A stretch of DNA of 44,177 nucleotides from Myxococcota bacterium (GTDB taxonomy: Bacteria > Myxococcota > UBA4151), in the NCBI GenBank assembly GCA_036338695.1, contig JAYZBQ010000061.1, positions 1 through 44,177 of the forward strand, given 5' to 3'. Both the position numbers and the translations under genes were made by a program. Shown piece after piece: positions 1 through 9,339 of the stretch. Under the pieces are notes generated by a model. It searched no databases and was not told the DNA's origin. It was given only the letters and a program-made list of their open reading frames with translations. Position 1 is the stretch's first letter. Every line of letters begins with the position of its first letter.

Positions 1-450
1 GCGCCTGAGCCTGTCGCGGGCGAGGACGCCGAGACGCTGGCAAAGCGAGGGCAGTTGATCCAGAACGCGACCTACACCGTCTACGCCGGCGCCGGCTTGC
101 TCGGGCTGGGGCTGACCGTCGGCACGATGGCGGCGATCAACGCGTCGCAGTGGCGCAACACCAGCTACCGTTTCGAGGATGGCGCCTACCGCGAGCAAAT
201 TCGGGGGATCGCCCAGACGCGTGCCCTGATCGCCGACACGCTGCTTTTCTCGGGACTGATCGCCGGCGGTACCGGCTACTATCTTCAGCGCAAAGCCGTG
301 GCGGGGCCTGCGGGCAAGCTCACGCTCGGATGGGGTCAAGACACCTGGCGTGAACCGGAGACGCCACCCGATACCGCCACCTCATCCGAACCCCTTGCGC
401 CGCCGGAGAGTCCAACAACGCCAGCGGCTAAGGAGGGAGCCGAGCCATGA
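1..450 (+). CDS. Partial (5'-truncated) protein with C-terminal Gly/Ala-rich hydrophobic hairpin and Pro/Thr-rich tail
   Basis: Frame is open from base 1, so the TTG at 55 is probably not the start. Two hydrophobic segments (YTVYAGAGLLGLGLTVGTMAAI; LIADTLLFSGLIAGGTGYYL). Stop overlaps the next ATG (ATGA at 447-450). Confidence 0.7.
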   Translation, partial: APEPVAGEDAETLAKRGQLIQNATYTVYAGAGLLGLGLTVGTMAAINASQWRNTSYRFEDGAYREQIRGIAQTRALIADTLLFSGLIAGGTGYYLQRKAVAGPAGKLTLGWGQDTWREPETPPDTATSSEPLAPPESPTTPAAKEGAEP

Positions 451-1667
451 GTCGCTTCGCCCTCATCACCCTCTTCGCGTGCCTCGGCTGCAGCCCGCTG
501 CTCAATTTTGACCCGGACGACGACGGCAACAAGACCAACCCGTGTGAGCCGACGCAAGCGGACCGCGGCGCCGCCGACTGTGCGCTCGGGTTCTGGTGCA
601 ATCCAGAGACGGCGCGCTGCGAGAGAGGCGACGTCTACTTACCCGTCTACAAGACCATGCCGCCCAGTTATGCGGGCACCTGCTTTGAGTCGGACGTCAG
701 CAGCTGCTTTGACGGTCGCGGCGCCTGCACGATCAAGTGGCGAGAGTTCAAGGACGACCAGGTCGAGGTGCGCGCCGGCAATCTGTACGAGGTCAAGTGG
801 GAGAACGGCGCCGCCTGCTATTACCTGTCGCTCCTCTTCGCTGGGACCTGGGACTGGCCGGACGTTTTCGAGCGCAGCTGGTGCGTTAACTCAGACCCCT
901 TAGGGAACCAACTCTGCGTCAGCAACGAGATCAGCTCCATCACCGCCAATACTCAGGCGGAGTATTGTGTTGGGACGCACTCCGAAGGCCCGAATCGCTC
1001 TTTTGAATTCGCCCCGCGCGGGACCCTGCTCAACAACCACTGCAACTGGCGTCTGCGCTGTCCTGACGGCGACGACACCGAGAACTGGGCGAGCTCACCG
1101 GCGCCTCAACCGCAGTGGTCGCGCGGTGACGACAACGCGCGCATCGCCTTCTTCAAGGAGACCATCAGCAACCACTGCGAGGTAGCGCAGAACACACCGC
1201 TGGAGGACTGGCCTAAAGACGGCAACGTCGTGCCCAAAATTCCAATCGCCGAGTCGGACGGCTTCCCGGGCGACATCCAACTCGGAGACGACGCCAACAT
1301 CACGTGGTCGGGTCTTGCGGTCCCAGCCGATGGGGTCTCGGAGGTGGTGCGGATCGAGCGTTTGACCCTCAAGCGCACCGACTCGGTGCGCGAGATGATC
1401 GACGGCGCGCTCGAGCTCTCCCTGGTGCACAGCGGCGGAAACACCACCGGCAACGTGCGCGGGATGCTCGCGCGCAAAGACAAGCTGGTGCTGCACCTAG
1501 GCGGTGCCATGTGGCGAGGCAACTCCTGCTCACCCAAGCTGATCCTAGACCTCGAAGGCTACCGAGCCAGCGGCGGGGCGCGCATCCCAGCGGTGATCGA
1601 AGGCTGCAACCTCGACTCGACGCTCTATCTCTGCCCAGGCGTGCGCCAAGACTGCCGAGCGGACTAA
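447..1667 (+). CDS. Cys-rich lipoprotein of unknown function
   Basis: Lipobox (LFACLG-C), 20 Cys, N-terminal C..DC..WC....C module, SD-like GGAGGGAG upstream. Confidence 0.8.
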   Translation: MSRFALITLFACLGCSPLLNFDPDDDGNKTNPCEPTQADRGAADCALGFWCNPETARCERGDVYLPVYKTMPPSYAGTCFESDVSSCFDGRGACTIKWREFKDDQVEVRAGNLYEVKWENGAACYYLSLLFAGTWDWPDVFERSWCVNSDPLGNQLCVSNEISSITANTQAEYCVGTHSEGPNRSFEFAPRGTLLNNHCNWRLRCPDGDDTENWASSPAPQPQWSRGDDNARIAFFKETISNHCEVAQNTPLEDWPKDGNVVPKIPIAESDGFPGDIQLGDDANITWSGLAVPADGVSEVVRIERLTLKRTDSVREMIDGALELSLVHSGGNTTGNVRGMLARKDKLVLHLGGAMWRGNSCSPKLILDLEGYRASGGARIPAVIEGCNLDSTLYLCPGVRQDCRAD

Positions 1668-2521
1668 GCGCGCGCCGTCGAAGACGCTGCGCCCCCTGTG
1701 TAGCGGATCAAGAGCGCCATGAGGATGAGGGCGCCGCCGATCAGGGTGTGCGGCGCAATCGCTTGCCCCCAGATGAGCAACACCCAGATCGGGTTCACGA
1801 CGGGCTCGAGCAAGGTCAGAATCGAAGCCTCTTGAGCGCCGACCTGCTTGAGTCCCCAGGCGAACAGCACATAGGGCACCGCATATTGGACGACGGCGAG
1901 CCCCCCGACCCAAGCCCACTGACCGCCTGATAGCCACGGGTCGTGACCCTGAAGAAAGGGGACGAGTAACACCACACACACCAGCTGTGTGAGCGCCATC
2001 ACGCTGACGCTGTCTTGACCCCGTAGAAGCCGCAGGCTGACGATCACGCCGCCGTAGCCAAACCCTGCGACCAGCGCCAAGCACAGACCGATCCAGTCTC
2101 CCACACCGGAACCCAAACCCACGATCGTCAAGACGCCGAGCATCGCCACACCGAGCGCGGCCAGCGAGCGTTTGGGGGTCGCCTCCCGGAGCCACACCCA
2201 GTTGATCAAGAGCACCCAAAACGGCGCCGTGTATTGCAGAAAAATCACGTCGCCGGCGTCGCTGCGCGTCATGGCGGTGATGAAGCAAATGCTCATGAGT
2301 GAGAAGCTCAGGAACAAGCTGATCAGCGCCCACTCGAACTTGAGCGTTCGCCAGCGCACGAAAGGCAGAAGCAGCGCGGCACAGAACACCCCCCGCCACA
2401 ACGCGATCAGTGGACCTGCTCGCTCGGCCGGGGCGACCGACAAAAGCTCAGGTGACTTGATGAAGAGTCCGCTCGTGCTCCACAGCAGCGCCGCCAGGAG
2501 CACGGCGAAGCGGCCGCTCAC
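1664..2521 (-). CDS. DMT/EamA family transporter
   Basis: About 10 TM segments; motifs LLWSTSGLFIK, LQYTAPFWV, LLEPVVNPIW. Start re-called at GTG 2521, which overlaps the trmD stop (GTGA). Confidence 0.9.
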   Translation of the reverse strand: MSGRFAVLLAALLWSTSGLFIKSPELLSVAPAERAGPLIALWRGVFCAALLLPFVRWRTLKFEWALISLFLSFSLMSICFITAMTRSDAGDVIFLQYTAPFWVLLINWVWLREATPKRSLAALGVAMLGVLTIVGLGSGVGDWIGLCLALVAGFGYGGVIVSLRLLRGQDSVSVMALTQLVCVVLLVPFLQGHDPWLSGGQWAWVGGLAVVQYAVPYVLFAWGLKQVGAQEASILTLLEPVVNPIWVLLIWGQAIAPHTLIGGALILMALLIRYTGGAASSTARA

Positions 2522-3219
2522 CCCTCGCCCTTTCGGGCTTCGTAGGCTTCGTATAGGTCCGGACGCCGAGCTTGCGTCCGCGCCACGGACTGCTCGTGGC
2601 GCCAAACCTCGATCGCGCCATGATGACCGCTGCGCAACACGTCGGGTACAGCGACCCCCTCATAGCTTGCCGGCTGAGTGTAGTGCGGGTGCTCAAGCAG
2701 CTCCGTCGAGTGGCTCTCGACGTGCGTGGAGTCCCAGTTACCCAGCACACCAGGGATGAGCCGCGCCGCCGCGTCGATCAGACAAGCCGCTGCCAGCTCA
2801 CCGCCGCTTAGAACAAAATCACCCAAGCTCAGCTCGAGGTCGACGTGAGCCCGAATCCGCTCATCGAAGCCCTCATAACGACCGCACAAAAAGATGGCGC
2901 CCGGCTCGGCGCTGAGCGCGCGAGCGACCCGCTGCGTTGCGGGAGCCCCTTGCGGCGTCATCATCACCACCGGCGCGCCGGGCAGCTCCGCCTTCGCCCA
3001 TCGAATCGCCGGCACAATGACGTCGGCTCGAAGCACCAACCCGGCGCCACCACCAAACGGTTTATCATCAATTTTTCGGTGCTTCCCGAGACCAAAGTCG
3101 GTGAGACAGCGACCCTCGATGGCGAGGTGTCCCTCGCTGATTCCGCGACCGACGACGCCGGTCGCCACCGCCTCTCGGACCCTATCAGGGAATCGAGCCA
3201 GCACGACATAACGCCTCAT
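2518..3219 (-). CDS. trmD: tRNA (guanosine(37)-N1)-methyltransferase
   Basis: DDKPFGGGAG, CGRYEGFDER, SLGDFVLSGGE, LLEHPHYTQP, LRSGHH motifs; lies downstream of rimM. Confidence 0.97.
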   Translation of the reverse strand: MRRYVVLARFPDRVREAVATGVVGRGISEGHLAIEGRCLTDFGLGKHRKIDDKPFGGGAGLVLRADVIVPAIRWAKAELPGAPVVMMTPQGAPATQRVARALSAEPGAIFLCGRYEGFDERIRAHVDLELSLGDFVLSGGELAAACLIDAAARLIPGVLGNWDSTHVESHSTELLEHPHYTQPASYEGVAVPDVLRSGHHGAIEVWRHEQSVARTQARRPDLYEAYEARKGEG

Positions 3220-3719
3220 CGCTGCGCCTCGAACAAGCCCTCAGGCAGATCAAAGGTGACCACCCCCGCCTCAAAATCAACGTGCGCGATCACGGGGCCA
3301 TCCAAGGGCACTAAGCCGTCATCGAGCCGCGCTATGAGTCGCCCAGCGAGCGTAAAGACGTCATGAACCGTGCCAAGGCTACGCCCATCGCTCTGCTCGG
3401 CGCTGAGCCCGACGAGGTCGGTGACGTAGTAGCCCTCATCATCGTCGAGGTCGGGTAACGCGCCACGCGCAACCGCAATCGCCTCACCCTTGAGCGCCTC
3501 CGCTGCCGAGCGGTCGCCCACCCCAAGCAGACCGATCAGATAGGAGGGAGGTCCACCGGGTGCTATGCCAAAACGAGAAAGCTCCCGGGGGGTACTACCC
3601 ACCAGGAGCTCAACCCCTGGCACCAGCCAGGATGTGTCTTCTAGGTCGAGCCTTACTCGGACTAAGCCGCGCACCCCGTGAGGTCGCTGCACGAAGCCGA
3701 GCGTCAGCGTTCGACCCAT
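3216..3719 (-). CDS. rimM: Ribosome maturation factor RimM
   Basis: PHGVRG, DRSAAEALKG, YYVTDLVGL, C-terminal LPEGL; between rpsP and trmD. Confidence 0.93.
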   Translation of the reverse strand: MGRTLTLGFVQRPHGVRGLVRVRLDLEDTSWLVPGVELLVGSTPRELSRFGIAPGGPPSYLIGLLGVGDRSAAEALKGEAIAVARGALPDLDDDEGYYVTDLVGLSAEQSDGRSLGTVHDVFTLAGRLIARLDDGLVPLDGPVIAHVDFEAGVVTFDLPEGLFEAQR

Positions 3720-3731
3720 GGTGTCCGCCGA

Positions 3732-3977
3732 TCAGGCCTCGATGCCGGCCTTCTTGATCAAGCCCGCCACGGTCTCCGAGGGCGAGGCACCGACGCCGAG
3801 CCAGTACTTCACGCGCTCTTCGTCCAGGTTGAGCCCGTTCTCTTCGACGAGGGGGTCATACGTGCCGAGCTTCTCGATGTACGAGCCGGCGCGGGTCTTA
3901 GCCGTGTCGGCGGCGACGACGCTGTAAAAGGGGCGCTTCTTGCGACCACGACGAACCATGCGGAGGCGAACAGCCAT
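3732..3977 (-). CDS. rpsP: 30S ribosomal protein S16
   Basis: MAVRLRMVRRGRKKRPFYSVV..IEKLGTYDP..YWLGVGASPSETV. Start re-called at ATG 3977 with GGAG SD. Confidence 0.97.
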   Translation of the reverse strand: MAVRLRMVRRGRKKRPFYSVVAADTAKTRAGSYIEKLGTYDPLVEENGLNLDEERVKYWLGVGASPSETVAGLIKKAGIEA

Positions 3978-4011
3978 GCTAATATCTCCACCCTGTCCCC
4001 AGGGACGGGCG

Positions 4012-4040
4012 CTGTTAGAGGTGGCCCAACCCTGCGTCAA
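4012..4040 (-). promoter_or_regulatory. Candidate sigma70-type promoter for rpsP-rimM-trmD-EamA
   Basis: Minus strand TTGACG (4040-4035), 17-nt spacer, TAACAG (4017-4012) in the gltX-rpsP gap. Confidence 0.5.
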
Positions 4041-4046
4041 CCGAAT

Positions 4047-5501
4047 TCAGTGGCCGGCGGCCTTCAGACTCTGGATCGCCACGCGCAGCCGGCGCCGCAC
4101 GCGCTCCTTGCCCAGAACCTCCAAAGTCTCGAACAAGCCCGGCGACGCTTTGGTCCCAGTCACTGCGATCCGAACCGGCATGAACAGGTCCCGCGCCTTC
4201 CACTCCTGCTCTTCACAGAAGGCTTTAAGCGTCTCGTGGAGCACATCACGCGTCCACTCCGAGACGCCGTCGAGCTGCTCGACTAAGGCCGTCAAAGCGG
4301 GCCGGAGCTCGGATAACTCTCGCTTTTTCGGCTTCAGCAGCTCGACATCGACGCTCAGGTCGCCCGTAAAGAAGAAGTCGGTCTTTGCGACAAACTCATC
4401 GAGCCGGTCCATACGCTCCTGAACGAGCGGCAGCATGGCGAGCAGGCGCTCATCGCTGAGCAGGTGATCCCTCAGCAGCGCCAGCAGCTGCTCGGGTGTG
4501 TGGTCTTCGCGCAGATACCGCCCATTCAACCAGGTCAGCTTGGCCAGGTCGAAGACTGGGCCACCCAAACTGATCCGCTCCAAGGTAAACGCGTCGACCA
4601 TCGCCTCGGTCGTAAACTTCTCGACCGAATCCTCGCCCTCAGCCACCGGATAGCTCCACGCCATCCGCGCCAGATAGTTGCGCAGCGCCGCTGGGATGAT
4701 GCCCGCATCCCTGTAATAGTTCAGGCTGACCGGGTTCTTGCGCTTGGAGACCTTGGACTTGTCTGCGTTGCGCAAGAGCGGGAGGTGAACGAACTCAGGC
4801 GGGGTCCAGCCGAGCGCATCATAGAGCAAGACGTGCTTGGGCGTCGAGCTGATCCACTCCTCACCGCGGATGACGTGCGTGATCTCCATCAGGTGGTCAT
4901 CCACCACGTTCGCTAGGTGGTACGTCGGGTAACCGTCGGACTTGAGCAAGACTTGGTCATCCACCTGTTCGTTGGCGAAGGTGATCTCACCGCGAAGCCG
5001 GTCGCGCACGATCGTCTCGCCGCTGCGGTCCACGTTGAGCCGCACCACGAACGGCTCACCCGCTGCCGCTCGACGCGCCGACTCCTCCTGGCTCAGCCCG
5101 GCGCAGTGTTTGTCATACCCAGGGTTCTGCTTGTTCGCTCGCTGAGTAGCTCGAAGCTCGCTCAGTCGCTCGGCCGTGCAGAAACAACGGTACGCCTTAC
5201 CGCTGGCGATCAACGCATCGACGTACTGACCATAGAGATCCAGCCGTTCACTCTGGCGGTAGGGTCCGAACGAGCCGCCAACATCGGGTCCCTCGTCCCA
5301 GGCTAAGCCGCACCAACGCAGCGCCTCAAAGATCATCGCCTCGCTACGTGCGCTCGAGCGGGCGCGGTCGGTGTCCTCGATCCGGAGGATGAAGCGCCCC
5401 CCCTCCTTGCGAGCAAAAACTTGGTTAATCAGACCGATATAGGCTGTTCCGATGTGGGGGTCCCCGGTTGGGGAAGGGGCGATTCGCACGCGGACGGTCA
5501 T
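4047..5501 (-). CDS. gltX: Glutamate--tRNA ligase
   Basis: [13 protein letters not shown] (HIGH), LRIEDTD, Zn site CFC..YDKHC, IRGEEW, KVSKR (KMSKS), SPGLFE. Start re-called at ATG 5501 with GAGGAG SD. Confidence 0.97.
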   Translation of the reverse strand: MTVRVRIAPSPTGDPHIGTAYIGLINQVFARKEGGRFILRIEDTDRARSSARSEAMIFEALRWCGLAWDEGPDVGGSFGPYRQSERLDLYGQYVDALIASGKAYRCFCTAERLSELRATQRANKQNPGYDKHCAGLSQEESARRAAAGEPFVVRLNVDRSGETIVRDRLRGEITFANEQVDDQVLLKSDGYPTYHLANVVDDHLMEITHVIRGEEWISSTPKHVLLYDALGWTPPEFVHLPLLRNADKSKVSKRKNPVSLNYYRDAGIIPAALRNYLARMAWSYPVAEGEDSVEKFTTEAMVDAFTLERISLGGPVFDLAKLTWLNGRYLREDHTPEQLLALLRDHLLSDERLLAMLPLVQERMDRLDEFVAKTDFFFTGDLSVDVELLKPKKRELSELRPALTALVEQLDGVSEWTRDVLHETLKAFCEEQEWKARDLFMPVRIAVTGTKASPGLFETLEVLGKERVRRRLRVAIQSLKAAGH

Positions 5502-5536
5502 CGTCGTCTCCTCTTCACGTGCGCCTTTTGATGGAG

Positions 5537-5558
5537 TGCGCTTGCCGACGCAAGCACA
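5537..5558 (-). other. Intergenic stem-loop between cytochrome c gene and gltX
   Basis: Minus strand TGTGCTTGC-GTCG-GCAAGCGCA, 9-bp stem with one G-U pair. No U-tract, so not a classic intrinsic terminator. Confidence 0.4.
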
Positions 5559-5575
5559 GCCTGCCCGAGGGCGCG

Positions 5576-6031
5576 CTAAGGCGCTGGCGTCGGAGGCGTG
5601 TTGCCGTGGTGGAGCTTGTTCCAGATGGCGGCTAAATCCAGAGGCTTGAGCTTGGCGCCATGGTCCGCCTGATGACAGGTCTGGCAGTCTTTGAGCTTGC
5701 TGTCTTTGAGCCCGAGGTACCCTCTCAGGTAGGGGTCCCGCATGACGTGAGCCTCTTGATATTCGCTGCCGGCGCCGTGACAGGCTTCGCAGGTCACACC
5801 GGCCTCCGGCCGCTCGGGGTCCGGCGCATGACAGGTCAAACACAGCGGGTTGGTTCGGTCCTTCGCAGGCAAGCTCTGATAGGCTCTGGCGTGCGCATGA
5901 CCCTGCCACTGCGTATGCTGGGCGCTGTGACAAGTCGCACAAGCCTTGGGGCCGATGGTGGTCGGCTCACCCGCTAGGGCAGGCGCCCCTACGAACAAAA
6001 GGCTTGCGACGATGAGCGTGCGCTGAAACAA
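5576..6031 (-). CDS. Periplasmic tetraheme cytochrome c (c554-like)
   Basis: Signal peptide (..APALA), four CxxCH motifs (CATCH, CLTCH, CEACH, CQTCH), W..HAHA and [12 protein letters not shown] patterns; GAGGAGG SD before TTG. Confidence 0.9.
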   Translation of the reverse strand: MFQRTLIVASLLFVGAPALAGEPTTIGPKACATCHSAQHTQWQGHAHARAYQSLPAKDRTNPLCLTCHAPDPERPEAGVTCEACHGAGSEYQEAHVMRDPYLRGYLGLKDSKLKDCQTCHQADHGAKLKPLDLAAIWNKLHHGNTPPTPAP

Positions 6032-6096
6032 CCTTTGCCTCCTCGATGAGTCGGCGCTATCACGCCCGCCGTAGGGGTGGCAATCGGAGAGCTTGC

Positions 6097-6678
6097 ATGC
6101 GCATTATTGGTCTGACGGGTGGAATCGGGGCTGGCAAGTCAGAAGTCGCCCGCATCCTCTCTCGCCGCGGAATTCCCGTCATCAATGCGGATCAGTTGTC
6201 GCGCGAGGTGGTCGAGCCGGGGTCGCCAGGGATCAAAGCGATTGTCAAGCGCTTCGGGAAATCGGTCCTGCGTGGCGACGGGAGCTTGGATCGCAAGGGG
6301 CTCGCCCAGCGCGTCTTTGGGAATAAAGACGAGCGGCTTGCGCTCGAGTCGATCCTTCACCCGCTGATTCGCGAGCGGACGGAGGCGCACCTCTTGGTGC
6401 TTGAGGAGGGGAACACGCCGGTGTGTATCCTCGAATCACCGCTCCTGTTTGAGGCGCAGCAGGACGAGCTCTGCGACGCTGCGATCGCCGTCATCGCCGA
6501 CTTTAACCTCCGGGCCAAGCGGGTCAAGCGCCGTGAAGGCTTGACCATCGACCAGTTCCAGCAGCGCGTCGACGCTCAGATCAACGACGAGACGAGGCGG
6601 CGACTCGCGGACATCGTGATCGAGAACAACGGCAGCCTCGAAGACCTCCGGCGCGCGGTCAACCGCATCAAGATCTAA
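6097..6678 (+). CDS. coaE: Dephospho-CoA kinase
   Basis: IIGLTGGIGAGKS P-loop, LDRKGLAQRVF, LESILHPLI, PLLFE, ADIVIENNG. Start re-called at ATG 6097. Confidence 0.95.
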   Translation: MRIIGLTGGIGAGKSEVARILSRRGIPVINADQLSREVVEPGSPGIKAIVKRFGKSVLRGDGSLDRKGLAQRVFGNKDERLALESILHPLIRERTEAHLLVLEEGNTPVCILESPLLFEAQQDELCDAAIAVIADFNLRAKRVKRREGLTIDQFQQRVDAQINDETRRRLADIVIENNGSLEDLRRAVNRIKI

Positions 6679-6685
6679 CCCAACC

Positions 6686-7287
<602 letters not shown>

Positions 7288-7300
<13 letters not shown>

Positions 7301-9339
7301 GGTAGATACATGAACGCCGTCTGAGCCGGCTCACCGGGCGAGCCAGGCGGTGCAGTTCGTCCACCAACGACCAAATACGAGCCGTCATCGAGGATGTTCA
7401 CCGACGCCCCCCACCGAGGCTCCGGCAGCGCCGCATCGAGCGGCTCCGCCTCGACCCGCCAGCGCAGCTGGCCCTGCTCATCGACCTGATTGAGACGTAG
7501 GAACAGCGCACGATCACTCGCAACGCCGCGTTGGTCCTCGCCGCCCACGACCAACACCGGGCAGGACTCGGCGCCCTCGCAGGGAACGGTCACCGCTGCG
7601 AAGCCGCGATCCCAGACGGCGGCTTCATCCGACGCCTCGACCGGCAAATGCTCGAGCGAGCCGCCCTCGCGAAACCCGCGGCGCCCGTTCGAGCGCCACC
7701 GATAAAGCTCGAGCGCCTCGGCGCCACCCACCGGCGCGTCCAGTCCGCCGGCCACCAGCACCATATCGGAACGCACCGCAAAGCCCTGCGCCTGCGCCCG
7801 GGGCCGGTCTAAGCTCGCTTGCGGGTAGATGTGCGGCGCTTCGATCTCGATGTTCGCGGCCGTATTCGAACGCAGCAGCTGGTACACGGCGCTCGAGGGC
7901 TCCGTGATCCCTTGTCGATCGACCGCCCAGCCGCCAAAGAGCAGCGCGCTGCCGTCGCCGAAGGCTGCGACGCCTGGCTGGAAGGGCAGGCGGATCTCGG
8001 TGTCCGAGCCCAGATTGTCGCGCCGTGAGACCAAGTTCGATGCGTTGACCACCGCCATCCGGTCCGGCATCTCGAACGCTGGCGGGTCGTGGCGCGGCGG
8101 CCAATCGGACCCCGGTGCCTCTTGCGGCCGCCCCCAGTAGCCACCCAGGAGGACCACATCCATCAGATCGTGCTCCACCGGCACGGCGCGTGGGAAGACG
8201 AGCCGCTGCAGGGCAAAGTGGCTCTCCCGCTGATCCTCACCCCAGGTCAGGCTGGTCAGGCGCGGCTGGCTCTGCTCCGAGTAGTCGAAGATGTGAAATT
8301 GCGCCGCAGGGGGCGGGTCACAGAAATCATCGCCGAACACCGTCAACCCGCCCAAAAGCATCACCCGGTTGCGCTCGACCTGGTGGAACAGGCTCACCCC
8401 CATAAGGCGCGGAATCTGCGAGAGCTGGCGCCGGCTCTCGGTCTCAAAGCGATCCACGAAGCGCATCCGGTAGCGCTCAAAATACACGACCCCGTTCTGA
8501 ACGGGCGCACCCAGCGAACGATCGATGTCCAGCGGCTCGCACCCCGGCGCCTCGGAGTTCCCGGCGTCCGCTTGTGCGTCGGTCGCGCCGGCGTCGCCTA
8601 CCGAGCCTGCCTCGACCAAGCCCGCATCGGCTGCGCCCGCATCGCCTACAGAGCCCGTATCGGACGCGCCGCCCACATCACTGATGCCGGCGTCAGCAGG
8701 CGCATTGACGCCGCCGTCGAGCGCCACCTGCGCATCGCCGGGCCCGGCGTCGGCCTGCCCGGCGTCACCAGAGCCTGCGTCTTGGGGCGGCCCCGCGTCC
8801 GGAGGCGAAGCGCGCAGTCGCCACGGCGTCGTGCGCCCCCCCACAAACAGAGCGCCGGCTCCTACCGACACCGACTCGTGCTCAAAACGTTGGACCTGGG
8901 GTGCAGGGAGGGTCACCCACCGGTTGACCGGGACCACCGGTAGGTCGACCGTGACCTCGCTTGCGAGCTCCTCGCAGCCAACGTCGGCGCGCCGCCCGAG
9001 CGAATAGACAGCACCAGAGGGACTGCGCACCAGCAGCTCTAGGTCGAATCGGCTGCCCTCATCGAAGCGAACCGGGTCGGCAAAGCGCACCACCCGATCG
9101 CCCGCTTCGCTGCCCATGAGACGTCGCTCGACGACCTCGCCGTTGCTGCGCGTCATCCGCAGATCGAGCGACGAGAACGGCCCCTCATCACCTGGTCGAT
9201 CCGAGCGAAAGGCGTTCACGCCTTCCGGCTGCACCACGTTAAGGCGCAGCAGGCACGTCCTACCCGGGATCTCGATGATCTCGGTCTCTTTCGGGCAACC
9301 GACTAGGAGCAGCGGCAGCGCTGCAAGAAGGGCTCTCAT
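7288..9339 (-). CDS. Lipoprotein with Kelch/galactose-oxidase-type beta-propeller and DAG-repeat insert
   Basis: Lipobox LLVG-C; seven hydrophobic-GG motifs (LFVGG, MLLGG, VLLGG, LLFGG, LVAGG, LVVGG, LVVGG), several preceded by PR/R. Confidence 0.8.
8545..8805 (-). repeat. Low-complexity (x)DAG peptide repeat inside the Kelch lipoprotein
   Basis: About 15 D-[AGVT]-[GQ]-like units, 9 of them exact DAG; GSVGDAGA occurs twice. Boundaries approximate. Confidence 0.85.

Noticed and set aside
3978..4046. tRNA gene next to gltX
   Set aside because: The gap is 69 nt, holds a promoter-like sequence, and shows no cloverleaf or T-loop motif.
5502..5942. 147-aa N-terminal extension of gltX in the ORF track
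   Set aside because: It overlaps the cytochrome c gene in another frame; GluRS homology begins at ATG 5501, which has its own SD.
8545..8805. DAG region as a CRISPR array or DNA-level repeat element
   Set aside because: Repetition is at the peptide level with varied codons; no constant repeat-spacer structure.
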